The translations under genes and the position numbers were made by a program. Source: Phoronis australis (Eukaryota; Animalia; Phoronida). Taken from it: a stretch of 64,000 nt of DNA. How positions within the stretch are numbered: position 1 is the stretch's first letter; each line of letters begins with the position of its first letter. The stretch is from positions 1,023,106 to 1,087,105 of the forward strand of contig NMRA01000030.1 in NCBI GenBank assembly GCA_002633005.1, given 5' to 3'. Of this stretch, positions 1 through 12,243 are shown in pieces. The notes beneath the pieces were generated by a model. The model did no database searches. It saw only the letters and a program-made list of their open reading frames with translations, and was not told the origin of the DNA.

Positions 1-1740
1 GCGTAGCACTGTACCCTATCTCGATCATGTCATCTCTAATAGTTCTGATGTACAAGCCACACAAGGGTTTATCGATTTCCACGTGCCGCAGAGCATATCT
101 GGCGTTCGAAGGTTTTTGGGGATGGCTCAGCAGTTGAGCAAGTTTTCTGATCATATTGATAAAATTAGCAGCTCTTTGCAAATACTACGTCAAAACGGTG
201 TACCCTAGATATGGAGACCAGGTCAGTCGGAAGCATTCGACGACATCAAAAGGAAATTTTAGAGGAATGTAGAGTTGCATACGACACACCGAAACCAAAA
301 GTGATTAAGACCAATGCATCCGGAAAAAGGTCTTCGTGCAGCCCTCTATCGCAAACAATCTGATGGTACATGGCTATTAGAACGCACAGCGTCGCGATAT
401 CTGTCACAGGCCGAAAAACATTACGCGACACTGGAAAAAGAGTCACTAGGTGACACCTGCGCTTCCGAAGAATGTCACAATTACAAAATCGGCAACCATG
501 TAACAAGTCAAAGTGACCGTAAGTCATTGGATCCGTTGCTCAACCGCATTGTGGTCGACGAACTGACTCCCAGAATAGAATATGACTACAAGATGGAGCA
601 CATCAGTGGAAAGAATGACATCGCGGCGGAAGCGTTGTCAAGAAGACTGTTGAGTCATGCTGCTACGCCAAATAAGCTTGTGGAGATGCAACGTTGTCAC
701 TGAGTCAACGAATATCTCTTGTGAATAATGCAATCTTGATTCAGAAAATCCATCGATGTCACTTAGGATTCACTAAGTGTAGAGAGTGAGGGAGGAAGGA
801 AGGGAGGGAGGGAGGGAGGGAGGTTGGGAGAGAGGAAGGGTGGGAGAGCTAATAACCTTGTGTGGTGACCTGGCATGTCACAACAAATCTTCGATATGCT
901 AAGTAGATTAAATTCTATCTCGGATTATTTAATGGTACCGTGCTGCTAGAAACGAATCTGATGAGCCAATCTAGCGATCAGAATTCCCAAGTCAACCATT
1001 GGTAAAAGTGATTTATTTCATTATAAAGACCTACGATATGTGTTGTGGGTTGTTTATTATTCGAGTTATGTGGAGATTGCCTTGCTAAGCAACACCGAGT
1101 TGGGTGAAGGTATTGCGCGTCACGGAATTCCATATCTCCCAGTTTTGGCCAATGGATCGCCGTACATTAGCAAAGAGTTAATTAAGTTCCTTTGCAAAGT
1201 CGTCGGAGTTTATTCACGTCACACGCTTACCTAAACACCCATGAAATAACGATGTCACGGGAAAAGCTGTGTAAGCAAAGAAGCGAATGTTGGAGAAAGA
1301 GTTGCATCCTCATGTTGCACCGCTAGCGTCCATGTGAGCCTCAATGGGGAACAGCTTCTTTCCAGCCGAGCCGCTGATGAGCCGCAAGGGTCAGAAGACC
1401 TTACCTCGTGAGCTGCCGTCGGTGCTGCAACCGAACACACTGAAACATTCTCGGGTGCAAAAACGTGAGCAAGTCGCTCGCTGCAAGTCTGCTGCTCATT
1501 GCGCGAGACATCTTTTTTTGAGAGTCAGAAATCAGTTTCATGTCCGCAACCTGGAAAAACCTTGAAAGGTCGCTGGCACCCCAAGGTGATACGAACGCAG
1601 AAACACGTCAGAGACAAAGAAACCGATCCGACGAGCTTCAGCGTCTCTCAGACACCGGTGCGAACAGTGTATTAAAGGTCTCATAATTCGCTATGTTCGG
1701 ACGTGCAAACCTCGTGATGTTATAGATTTATGAACTGTTG
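1..1740 (+). mobile_element. Decayed Ty3/Gypsy LTR-retrotransposon pol (RT end, RNase H, integrase fragments)
   Basis: Frameshifted motifs RRFLGMAQQLSKF, ASRYLSQAEKHYATLEKE, YDYKMEHISGKNDIAAEALSR, DLFHYK, ARHGIP...NGSPYIS match Gypsy RT/RNase H/integrase; many stops. Right boundary approximate. Confidence 0.85.
786..848. repeat. (GGGA)n purine-rich simple repeat
   Basis: gggaggaaggaagggagggagggagggagggagg seen directly. Confidence 0.9.
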
Positions 1741-2825
1741 CGTTTAACAACTCTTGCGTTACCTTTCACCGTTGTTTAAGATCTTCTTAAGCCAAAGGCT
1801 TAGTCAAGCGTAGCATAATTTGACTGTTATGGAACCACACATAGCTTGAGTATTGTTGTACCACAGCCTGCAGCTCGTGCCTTTGTGATACTTTATCATT
1901 TTGTTTGTCTTGAAGAGTCGCGTGACACGCAAATTCTTATAAACGAAGACTAAATGGATGACAAACTAAGTCAACTGGAGATTCAGGAGTTAATTTTTTA
2001 TATAGCAATACAATGCACCTGTCATTTCATGGAGTAAAACTAAGAATAAAAAGGCCACAAACTAAGAAAGCGAATAGAACAAAGAAAACTAAAAAGATAT
2101 ATTTAAGAAACTAAACGACCTTTGAACTTAAAAGTTAGTTTTGGTCTTACTGCTAAGATTTGTCTTAAGTTTTGATTTAATAGCAATAGAACACAAAAAA
2201 TTACATGACAGCGTTTTCCCGTTCAGTGACTTTTCCAGACCATAGGGGGTCCTGAGCGTGTGATAACATCTAGCTTCTTTGTTAACTGCCAAGCACACTC
2301 TTTTGTCTGTTACTACAACAAGTAGGCCAATTGTCTACCAGGCTTATTACAGACCACGTGTGAACACAGTCAAACTGAGAGTGAATTGGTGTATTTGGAA
2401 AGAATGATTGTCGTAACTTCGGTTGCATTTGGGCGATTTTGGCGATTCAAAAACTAAACATGGCCACTATTTGACGAAGATTTCAGCAATGATTTTGGTT
2501 TATGTTCAAATATGTTATAACTTAACTTTTATTTTCAACAGCACAGCCCAGTCAGGATAGGTACGATCTTATTGGAGATTAGAGCAATTATCGAACAAAA
2601 GAGAGGTGACCCTACAACCATAAATGCCAGAATGGAGTTAATCAGTGGTGTAAGATATTGGCTACAGGGGTAAACTTCCCAACTTGTTGTTGGGCTATAG
2701 ATACGAACAAGTTGGTAGTAACGGGAAAACGCCGTAATGAAGTCTTCGTGTGAAACACTCTTATAGGATGCAGTTAGTTTCACAGAGCTGGGAGACATGC
2801 CTGAGGATTTCCTTTTTATCTGCAG

Positions 2826-3026
2826 TAAATACAACATGGACCTGGGGACAGTGGGATACGTGGACTACGTGTGACGTCACGTGTGGTTCTGGGCGCCAGA
2901 GTAGATCGAGAAAGTGTACAGGGAGTAGCTGCGGAATGCTGCCCGAGAAGAGCCAGAATATCATGGAGCTTAGGATCTGCACTGAACAACAGTGTCCAAT
3001 GGCGATACCCCCAGAACTAATCGAAG
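2826..3026 (+). CDS. TSR gene 1, exon A (TSP1 repeat + Pro-rich linker)
   Basis: Acceptor tttttatctgcag|, donor G|gtcgga, 201 nt, phase 1-1; VNTTWTWGQWDTWTTCDVTCGSGRQSRSRKC...C...ELRICTEQQCP. Confidence 0.9.
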
Positions 3027-3759
3027 GTCGGAAATCACATTTTGCTTTTCGCCATACCGTAATTTTACTGATTTAGTCAAGATAGCATTCGCTAATGTCA
3101 GAAGCGAAGGCTGAGTTTAAAGTGACAAATACTACTGACGTGATTTCAGTATGAGATAAAACGATTAAATAATCACCGAATTTGGACAAAAGACACAGAG
3201 TCATCCACTTAATGACATGAACAAATTCTATTTCGGACAGGGTAAGTTGACTTAAATGTGCTCATATGCCGTAAGGAAATTTGCTATTTGCAAGATATGT
3301 GAACTATTTTTCGCTATCGCAATCCGATGTACTGAATCCGCAACATCATTTTACTGAAAAACCAACGTGTTGGAGGAAAGGATGAGGAATTATAGACAAC
3401 ATTTTTAATTTCATCCCTTATATCGATCGTTGTTACAGAAAAGCAAGACGTTTTTCTGCCTTTGTCCTGTATTTATATAGTTTTTAGTCCAAGAGGTATC
3501 TTGACACACACTGTCCTCAATGACATCTTTAATTAAAAATTCGAGGATCAGATTCGCCTGACACAAAATTTCTTCAACCAAAGCTAATTCACACGAGCCT
3601 TAATTTTGGAATTATTGAACATTTCAGTCCAGCTTTGCGTAGCGTAGTATTCGTCGTCCTTTGTCGGTGCATTTCCAATACTCTTTTGGTCTACGATCCG
3701 CTTCTTCTACGTTTTATTCCGAACATAATGATAATACATATTCATTTCATAGCCACCGG

Positions 3760-5470
3760 CCTTTTAAAGCCATAAACACACAACTTTACAATGACACTCT
3801 CTGTCAATAAATACAGACGCATGTGCTACAGAGACAACAAAATAATTATACAGTTAATCCTCCTACAGCAATTTTTTTCTTACTTTCATTGTCAAAAATA
3901 TATATTTCGCCCTGATTTAAAACTAGGTTTTCATGTGATCTCAGAACAGTGTACACTCTGTTCAGGACTACAAGCTTCCCTTAAAGATTCTGGTAATACA
4001 CATTGTCTGAGGTTTCCCACCATTCCACAATGACAGAGAAAATGATACTCATCCTCGATCTCACTTTTTAAACCAATTTCACACTATCCGTGTTCTCTCA
4101 CAACAGTTGAATCTCTACCCTTTTCTATTGTTAAACCATGTGGTGACATAAGGAACTGAGACAATGCTGTTCTGTAGGATTTTGTTTTAACCACTAACAT
4201 TATGCCGTGTTTATCACTTTGTATAGGAAGAGCATTGAATAGACATCCCACATGTCATTCTAAGCTAACTCAAACATCCTTTCTTTCTTTCAGATATTTG
4301 CAAATTTCGCCTGATTTGTGACTATTTAGTTAGTCAACTCTTCTCTCGAAAATTCAGTTACTTTTTCTAAAAGTATTTTAACTTTCAATCCCCAACTGTC
4401 AATTCCGCTTTCTGCTAGCTCATGTGTTTATCATAAACTTTTGATATATACACCTATTTGAATCACCATGTAATTAATTTGAGCCAGTATTTAACTAGAA
4501 TTTCATATCGTACATATCTTAAACTGACTCTTACAAACTCTGGTTGTAGTATAATGGCCGGTGTACAGTGCTTTACTCCCATGAATAATTTATTTTACAC
4601 TGCTTTAATGTCTTTGGCTTCATGTGCCCGGTTGCATGAAACAGTCCCAAGTAGGGACTCAACTAAGTTCCCTAAGTCGTTTGCATATTTGTGTTGTTCT
4701 TTACCCACATAATGAAATCTTTTCTATCAGTTTATCTTTATTATGAGCTCCTCTTTGACTAATACAAGTTTCTAATAATATAACTAAAATCTGAACCCTT
4801 AATTCAGTGAAATTAAATAGGGACTTAGTCAAAATTAGTGGCGTTGCATGAAAAGATCACTACTCATTTTTAACAATATTGAGAATTCAACATAGAATTC
4901 ACTCTTGCTTTGTATCAAAGCTAAAAATCGACATAGTAATTAAACTAAAACAGTATAAGAAAGGAAAGCCAGTGTTTTTACAGGTACAAAAGTACACAAT
5001 AGATGTAGGGGCCTTAGTTGATTCCCTACTAGGGTTTGTTTCATGCAACTGGGCTATGGAATCTCCAAAATTCACTTCCGTAACTTAACATGGGGGATAT
5101 CAAAAATGTTTTCAAAAATTTTTAGTTTTATCTCTTTTAACGGTGCCAGCACCTTTCTTAACATAATTATCGCCTTTGGAGATTGCTGTGCTAATCTTTT
5201 CTGAGCCTTAATCCAAGAGTCATCAGTTGAAAAATTAACACCAAAGAGTTTATAACCTGCTACAGCTTGTAGCTGCTCCTGCTTGTGTCTAGCAAAAACA
5301 CCTTCTTTCCTAAAAACATCGCTTTAGTCTTGTTCAAATTGACTTTCAAGTGGTATTCCCTAACAATAAATCTCAAGTTTATTTGTTAATTGATGGAGAC
5401 CGATCGGAGTGTCTGCGAACAGTAATAAATCATCGGCGAAACTAGGTAAAGTTTTATTCGTACCCACATG
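3760..5470 (-). mobile_element. 5'-truncated decayed LINE (L2/CR1-group-like) RT and C-terminal region
   Basis: Minus strand reads FADDLLLFADTPIGLHQL, VNLNKTKAM, GLTIEKGR and IEDEYHFLCHC; boundaries approximate. Confidence 0.7.
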
Positions 5471-5750
5471 TACACCTGGCATTGGTTGACATTTCTAGCA
5501 TTTTTCTAAATCACTCATGAACACACGACGTGTTTCCGCCGTTTGCAAAAATATTACATTTCACTTTCACATTCTTTAATCTCATTTACCCACGACCTAA
5601 AAAATTCTCGTCAATAGTGTCGAATGATTAACCGAATCTTATCACACAATTGTGTATACTTTCATATTCTTCTGGTGCGTTTTTCAATCCACGTTTTATT
5701 AACTCTGAAACTGGTCGTCAAAGGCTATAACAAATTATTCTCCATTACAG

Positions 5751-5930
5751 ACAACATTTTGATCAGCTGGAGTGAGTGGGAAGAATGCTCTGCAACATGT
5801 GGTGGTGGCTCTCAACTCAGGAGGAGAGTCTGCTACGATTCTTCAAACATGATTGACATCGGCTGTTCATTTGCTGAAGACATTATTGATTTGCGTGACT
5901 GCAACATGAAAACCTGTCCCCACACCTCAG
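5751..5930 (+). CDS. TSR gene 1, exon B (TSP1 repeat)
   Basis: Acceptor ttctccattacag|, donor G|gtggga, 180 nt, phase 1-1; ISWSEWEECSATCGGGSQLRRRVC...C...DLRDCNMKTCP. Confidence 0.9.
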
Positions 5931-6186
5931 GTGGGAATCCAAATGTTTTACCTAGATTATTATCACATTTTAGAGGTCCGCAAGGTGACACAATGATTGT
6001 GTTTCAATCTGTTACAAGTCTGTAATTGCATTACCTTGCGGACAAATACGTTCACGTGTATTCTGAGCTATTAAAACAATTATGACACCTTGACAGTCAA
6101 CAATTACCAGTTGCTTTCGAAGCTCATCCATACGACTCAGACAAAACTAGTACAATGCGAGTCACATTTTCGATCCTTTCTTTTAG

Positions 6187-6348
6187 ATGACGAAATTTCG
6201 AGCACCTTGTGGTTATCGTGGGAGAGCTGGACGCACTGTGACGTCACGTGTGGCACTGGGAGCCAGCTAAGACACAGGTTTTGCCCATGGTCTGATTGCA
6301 AAGGGTCATCAGTATCAACCAAAATCTGCAAAAAAGAGTCATGTCCAG
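6187..6348 (+). CDS. TSR gene 1, exon C (TSP1 repeat)
   Basis: Acceptor cctttcttttag|, donor G|gtgagt, 162 nt, phase 1-1; WLSWESWTHCDVTCGTGSQLRHRFCPWSDCKGSSVSTKICKKESCP. Confidence 0.93.
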
Positions 6349-7479
6349 GTGAGTATTAGGATTCTGGAATAATCTTCAAAAATTGGAGACAAATTGGGTT
6401 AGATTTTTAATTTGCGGTTGTGAACTTACCAGGCTATAGGTTTTATGGTACGTTTTCGGATCGGGAAGATGTAGTTGGAAAGCAAGTTGGCGCCTTGAAA
6501 GTTCAAGTTATCAGCAAAGATGGTTTAAAATCATCTCATCTCATCTGTTCGTGGGTTTTCGCTAATTTGTGTTATGACAGCTTGCACTAATTGTGGCAGT
6601 GTAGCCGATGAACTAAATTCCTCCAATACATTCATTGTAATTACTGATCACTTCAAACTCAAGCGATAACCGTGCTCCGACCTGGTTTTATGAAACCATT
6701 TGCCTCCGACCCCTGTCACAACATATATACTCGTACACAAGAAAAGATACGAATTCAAAACCGAATATAAACAACAACAATAATCCACACCTTGAAAATG
6801 AATTGTAAGCTGTCGTCTTTCTCTTGCTTTAAAAAATATTGTCACTGATTTATAATATAAAAAATTTAGACGACGTCATTATTCCTGTATATCTCTCTTC
6901 AGTCGCATGTGCAACAAATGGGAGATATTTGTGTCACTTGTCCTACTGGGCCACACTGCCTAATCTGCATACATTTTATTCGTGTCATAGTTTCAGTTCT
7001 TTAAAACGATTCTTAAAAACTTCAAAAGTCTTCCCACCAATACCGTACTTTATCATCTTGTAGTTTAATCCATCCTGCCAGACCCTGTTGAATGATTTTT
7101 GAAATTCCACAAAAAACAGGTATAGGAACACCTTCAGAAACGAATGTACGTAAGGTCACGTGTACCTCTGTCTCACAAAAATACCATTCAATACTGCCAA
7201 TAAGCATGGACAATCCCAGACAAGTTTTTGAGCATTTTTATCAAAAAATTGATTAAGAAAATTTGGTGAATACAGGTGTAGATATTTTCTTTATATGAAT
7301 GTACCTTTCTAAAACAACATTTTGGCCTAAAACGCATGGCCACGTGATCAGGAGAATGGCTCAGTATTGTGAACGAGATGAATAGATCTGTCTCGATTTC
7401 TATTTTAAGAAATTAATATACTTTTATGAATTCACATTCGCTAGTTATATATTCCAAGGAAAGGACATTATTTTAACCA

Positions 7480-9600
7480 GGGTACCCGCAACCTTAAACA
7501 TGAATGGAACGCGAAAGATCGTCAAAAATATCTTTCAAACAATTTTCTGACAAAAGAACCATCTCCATACGTCTAGTGCAGATTATTCAATTTTCTCTTG
7601 TGAGGCAATTTTCAGAAAAAAAGTCACAAAATTCACAATTTTTAAAATACGCGCGAGGGAAAAACTTTGTGGTTACCACAGAGTTTCTAATCTCCCTTCC
7701 ACATGATATATGCAAGCATGAGCCCTCAGTCAGTTGCTTGAATTCGCTAGAGGTCAAAGGTCTCCTGTTCCGTGTAGGGAAATGTGCTACATCTATAGCT
7801 TGCCATACCAAATAAGACGTGCTTTGCATTGTGGGAGAAAAACCGACGAAGTGGCGAGCAGTTGGCAAATAGCTTTTTTTAAATTTGAAACTAAAAGAAA
7901 ATGCTTTGATATCAACACAAATTAAAAATCTTTGTGAACAAACCCTAAAAACACCTGGTGAGAAGGTTAATTCTGTTTCATCGACTGAGAACCACTTTCA
8001 ATATTGCAATTTAATATGTTTATCGCGTTCCAGGCCTCTTTGAAACAAACATGCCATCTGCAAATGGGTATCCGTCTTAGTCTCGTTTGTGACTTCATTA
8101 TAAGACGGACATTGATAAAATGTGTTGAAAAGCATTTTAATTATAAAAATTAAAAACAATGATACCAGCTACCTATAGTGATATAATCATTCTACAGTTT
8201 CCATGATCATTTCTGTCCCCATTTTTGCACAGTAGTATTTTCACGAGAAGGATAGACGACTGTATCAAGTATACGATTGAAGAACAAGAAGAGTGCTTAA
8301 AAATTTGAATGTATGAGCCGTTAAATTTCAAATTGCTAACTTACTTGCTTAACATTTTTAATGTTATACATAGGATGACTTAGAATTATGTGAAGCATTT
8401 AACACTGCACTCGTCGGACCCAAATCCGCACATTACTTTGTGTGAGGTACATAAAAGAAAGAGTTTACGAAGAAAATCACAAACAACTTTTGAGCTTTAG
8501 GATACCATTCAGAACAATAGTAATAGTTATTATGGTAAATAGAAAACGGGTGTTCACGTTCCGGAGGTGTCCATTTTAAAAACTATAATTTCCAACGCTT
8601 GGTGAGACAAAATCCCAGCTCTTGGTTTCATCGCTAGTTGTTTTGATTAAAACATGTCGCATGATGTTGAGACACCCCGTGCAATTAATTGTGTGTGCCG
8701 TCACATTTTATCCACACTATCCACGATCCTGAACTTAAACTCACTAGATAGGAAAGGCAATCACAAAAACACCATATTCGTGTTAACTATGTAACAGCAA
8801 TGTATTCATGTTGAAGTATTTTATGCTATATAAACGTTTTCCTATGCGCCAAACTATACTTGTTTGGGTGCATATCTTTTTGGTGTCCCAGCGTCCGCAA
8901 CTCAATCTCCCAAACAGATTAGCGTATCTTCATTAAAGTTGGCAGATGCTCTGCTGACGGCAGATGACGACAACTTTTGGACAAATTCGACTACCTCTGT
9001 GCCCTCCTCAGTGGCAATTTTAGTATTTTACTTTTGACTGTGTCTTCAGAATTCCATGACAGATTTTTTTTTGAAATTTGTCAAATACACTGTAGGTTTC
9101 TGTTGTAGAGGCAATAAAGCTTTTCCATTATTGAACAGATTCTGCGCCAAATAGTGGCCATTTTATTTTTTTGTTGTTCTCGTCTCTGTATCAGTCAAAC
9201 ACCACAGGATCATTACGATGATTGATAAACGTGTTTCTAGAGACTGGAGTACGACTGACTTTAATTTTCGCATGGCTACGATTTCTTCTTGGATCTGCGG
9301 TCGTGTTTTCTAAATCTCTTACAGAATTGTCAAAAAAATTTTCAAGTGCATTCCCATGAACTTGACAACAGATGGCGACTTCTTTCGGACCCATTCGACT
9401 ATCGGTGCGCCTCCTAGTGACAGTTTGATGTTTTTACGTTTGCTTCTGCCTAGTTTTTTGGCGGATTTTTATGAAATTCGACAAATAGCTTTCTGTTCGG
9501 GATGCAAAGTCGCCGTTGTCTTTTCGGATGGACCTGAGGTTTTATACGCCATCTAGTGGCCATTTTTATGGTACATCCGTAAAGCCATACCGTTTGCGGT
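7480..9600. mobile_element. Possible deleted EnSpm/CACTA-type DNA transposon remnant
   Basis: Minus-strand fragments KIATEEGTEVVEFVQKL (~8970-9020) and YYYCSEWYPKAQKVVCDF (~8470-8530) resemble accessory ORFs of animal EnSpm elements; no convincing TIR or TSD found. Confidence 0.3.
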
Positions 9601-9644
9601 GCAATCACGGTAGCATTTCAACACTTAATGTTGCACTTGTCTAG

Positions 9645-9788
9645 GGTCGTGGAAAACTTGGCAGCCCTGGAGCTCATGTTCCGTAACATGTGGCTCGGGC
9701 TCGCAAGAACGGACCAGAACATGTTCCACAGAAACATGTGAAGGATACAGGATGGAGTTGAGGCCATGTATCCGTCAACAGTGCACAG
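9645..9788 (+). CDS. TSR gene 1, exon D (TSP1 repeat; not in ORF track)
   Basis: Acceptor cacttgtctag|, donor G|gtaacc, 144 nt, phase 1-1; GSWKTWQPWSSCSVTCGSGSQERTRTCSTETCEGYRMELRPCIRQQCT. Confidence 0.93.
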
Positions 9789-12090
9789 GTAACCCACACA
9801 CTGGAGTCTGCGTAGTCATAAATGTTGCAAGATGTTGATGGTTTCCGTCCTTGTTGTTAGACCAGCGTCCTGAAACCTTTGCTTTCTATTGTAATTTTTG
9901 GAAACACACGGTTTTGTTTTACTATGTAATTCAATATTTTAATGGTGTGATTTTATTCAAGCAACACTAATTGTGATAACATAGATCATGTCTGATTGCC
10001 AAAAACAAGGAAAATGACGACTGGCCTTATATCTGAAGGAATACCATGATCTTTAAGTGGAATACAACCGTACGGTCCTGTATTCCAGACCGTTGCATTT
10101 TGCCGTGTTTCCAGAAAATACAGATACTTTGGCTGTAATGTCATGGTCTATTACATGGTGAATTTTGCAGCTGAAGTATCTACTTTTCTTCCTCCACGCT
10201 GCTACAGAGGTTAAACGTTTACTTGAATCTTCTACTGTTCTTCGGCAAATTGTGGCTTTTTGCGTTGTGAAAGCTCAAACCTTTTACAGCCTCGTTACGA
10301 CGTACGGCCATATGAGTATGCAAATTACTTGAGCCGAGGTACCATCAGCAAATTGGTAATATATGATTATTTGAAGCACACACCAGTTATAAAACTAAAG
10401 TCGACCTTGTGATGTAGTGAAATCAGAAAATACAAGTCCTAATATGAATTGAACTGCAAATCAAATGACACTTCTCTTTCGTGAATTTAGAATAAGTGTT
10501 GGCACCATTCTGAATTAACAATATTAAGATAGATAATAACAAGGGATTGGATATTTGTAACAGAATTCATGTGTAATTAAACTTACCAAATTAAATAATG
10601 ACCAATGTAAACAAATGATCACATCAATCACAATTGACTTGCCTGAAAACAGACACTGAAATTGGAAGTTGTTCCCTGTATGTGACCTTGCTTTTTATAG
10701 GCTAATGTAAACCATCTTAGTCGACATAAACCATTAGTAGTTGTGCTTTCGTAATAAACTAAAGTAACCTACGTATCTGGCTCGTTATCATGACGCGAAT
10801 TTAAAAAGAATAATCCCCACTCAATACAGTAATAAATTTGTCAGTTCGCGATTTTGAGCTTGGTAAACCTCTATATGTGATAGCTTTAGATGACTACTAT
10901 AATCAATGTTTGCTTCTAACATAATTTTTTGCCATCAAAAATTTATTTAGAAGGAGTTTTGGCCGATTTAGTCTTTTGCTGGATCAGAATGAACTGGATA
11001 AAGCAACTACATGTACATTGCACACATGATGAAGGAAAACTCTGACCTTTAAAACAGCAAACCCTGGGTTCAGAAAGCAAACCCAGACATTTTTTCAAAT
11101 TTTCAGAGACCCGTTGTCAATAGCCTCAAACTTTGAGTTAAATCATCTTCAAATGCTTTCCATTTGTTTTCTGGATTTCTTTGTTAAAAATTGTCAACAT
11201 TAAAACGTAACATATATATCATATTACTTTGTTGTTTGATTTATATCATTAAAACTTGTGCAACTTGTCTGTTGGTGAATTTAAATATAATTTATACGGC
11301 TCTCAACACGTTGTTATCTCTAAGTATTTAGGTAATTTCAAATCATTTAAGTTTCTACGAAAATATTTTAAAAAAGGTAAGAGACAACTACTCTTTCGAC
11401 TTTCTAGTGACAATGTTGATTAATTTGTTGTGACATATACGCAACTTCGTGGAAGAAGAACAGTTGAATAATGTAGAGCACTAATTTTGTCTAACATTTT
11501 CAAATAGTAAAACAACATATCACATGAAATATTTAAAGTAGGAAGATTTATTTTTCATCAAACAATATTTGATAGAAAGTGCGCGAGTGGTGTTTCGGTC
11601 CCCGTGTGTCCTGTTCGATCCCCAGGGTTCGCGTTTTAAAAGTCAGGGTTGGTGTTTTTTCGGGCTGGTTAGTTGTTTTGAAGGTGCGGGAGTCTGTTTT
11701 CGACTCCGGCATATCTGTTTTACACAGTGGTTCCTGTTGTGATGAAATACCCTGTAGACAGTACAAATACAAACCTTGGTTAGCTCTTTCGTGAAATTAA
11801 TGTTGTTGTCCAAATTTATTGGTGAATTTGAAAAAGACAGAAGTCACTGATCAGTTGATAACAAACGTATTGATTACAAACGTGTCGGTGAAAGGAACTA
11901 ACCCAGGTTGCTTGAACACGCATTTTTTCCGTCTTCGCGGTTGTGGAGCCACAAATCTCTTGTATTTGGTATCAGCACAAGACAAAAGTGTTATTGTCCT
12001 TAGATTGTAAGGTGGACTGGTTTAGGAGATGGGCAGACGAATCGTCGCTGAGGAGGGTACTGCAATATTTTTATTTATGTTTTTATTTAG

Positions 12091-12243
12091 GTCATTGGAA
12101 CGACTGGCAGTCTTGGAGCAAATGTAGCTCAAGGTGCGGCGAGGGTGAACGGAAGCGCTACAGGACTTGTAAAAAAGGGTACAAGTGTGTTGGACACAAC
12201 ATAGACTCGGCAAATTGTCAGGATTACACCGAGTGTGGGAGTG
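12091..12243 (+). CDS. TSR gene 1, exon E (TSP1 repeat)
   Basis: Acceptor tttttatttag|, donor G|gtatga, 153 nt, phase 1-1; GHWNDWQSWSKCSSRCGEGERKRYRTCKKGYKCVGHNIDSANCQDYTECGS. Confidence 0.92.

Noticed and set aside
2542-2670. Strong acceptor upstream of exon A, possible extra exon
   Set aside because: The phase-1 frame hits a stop and no TSR or signal-peptide pattern is present; at most a decayed pseudo-exon.
6720-7310. Possible LINE 3' fragment on the minus strand
   Set aside because: Only a vague FCETEVH motif; not enough to assign.
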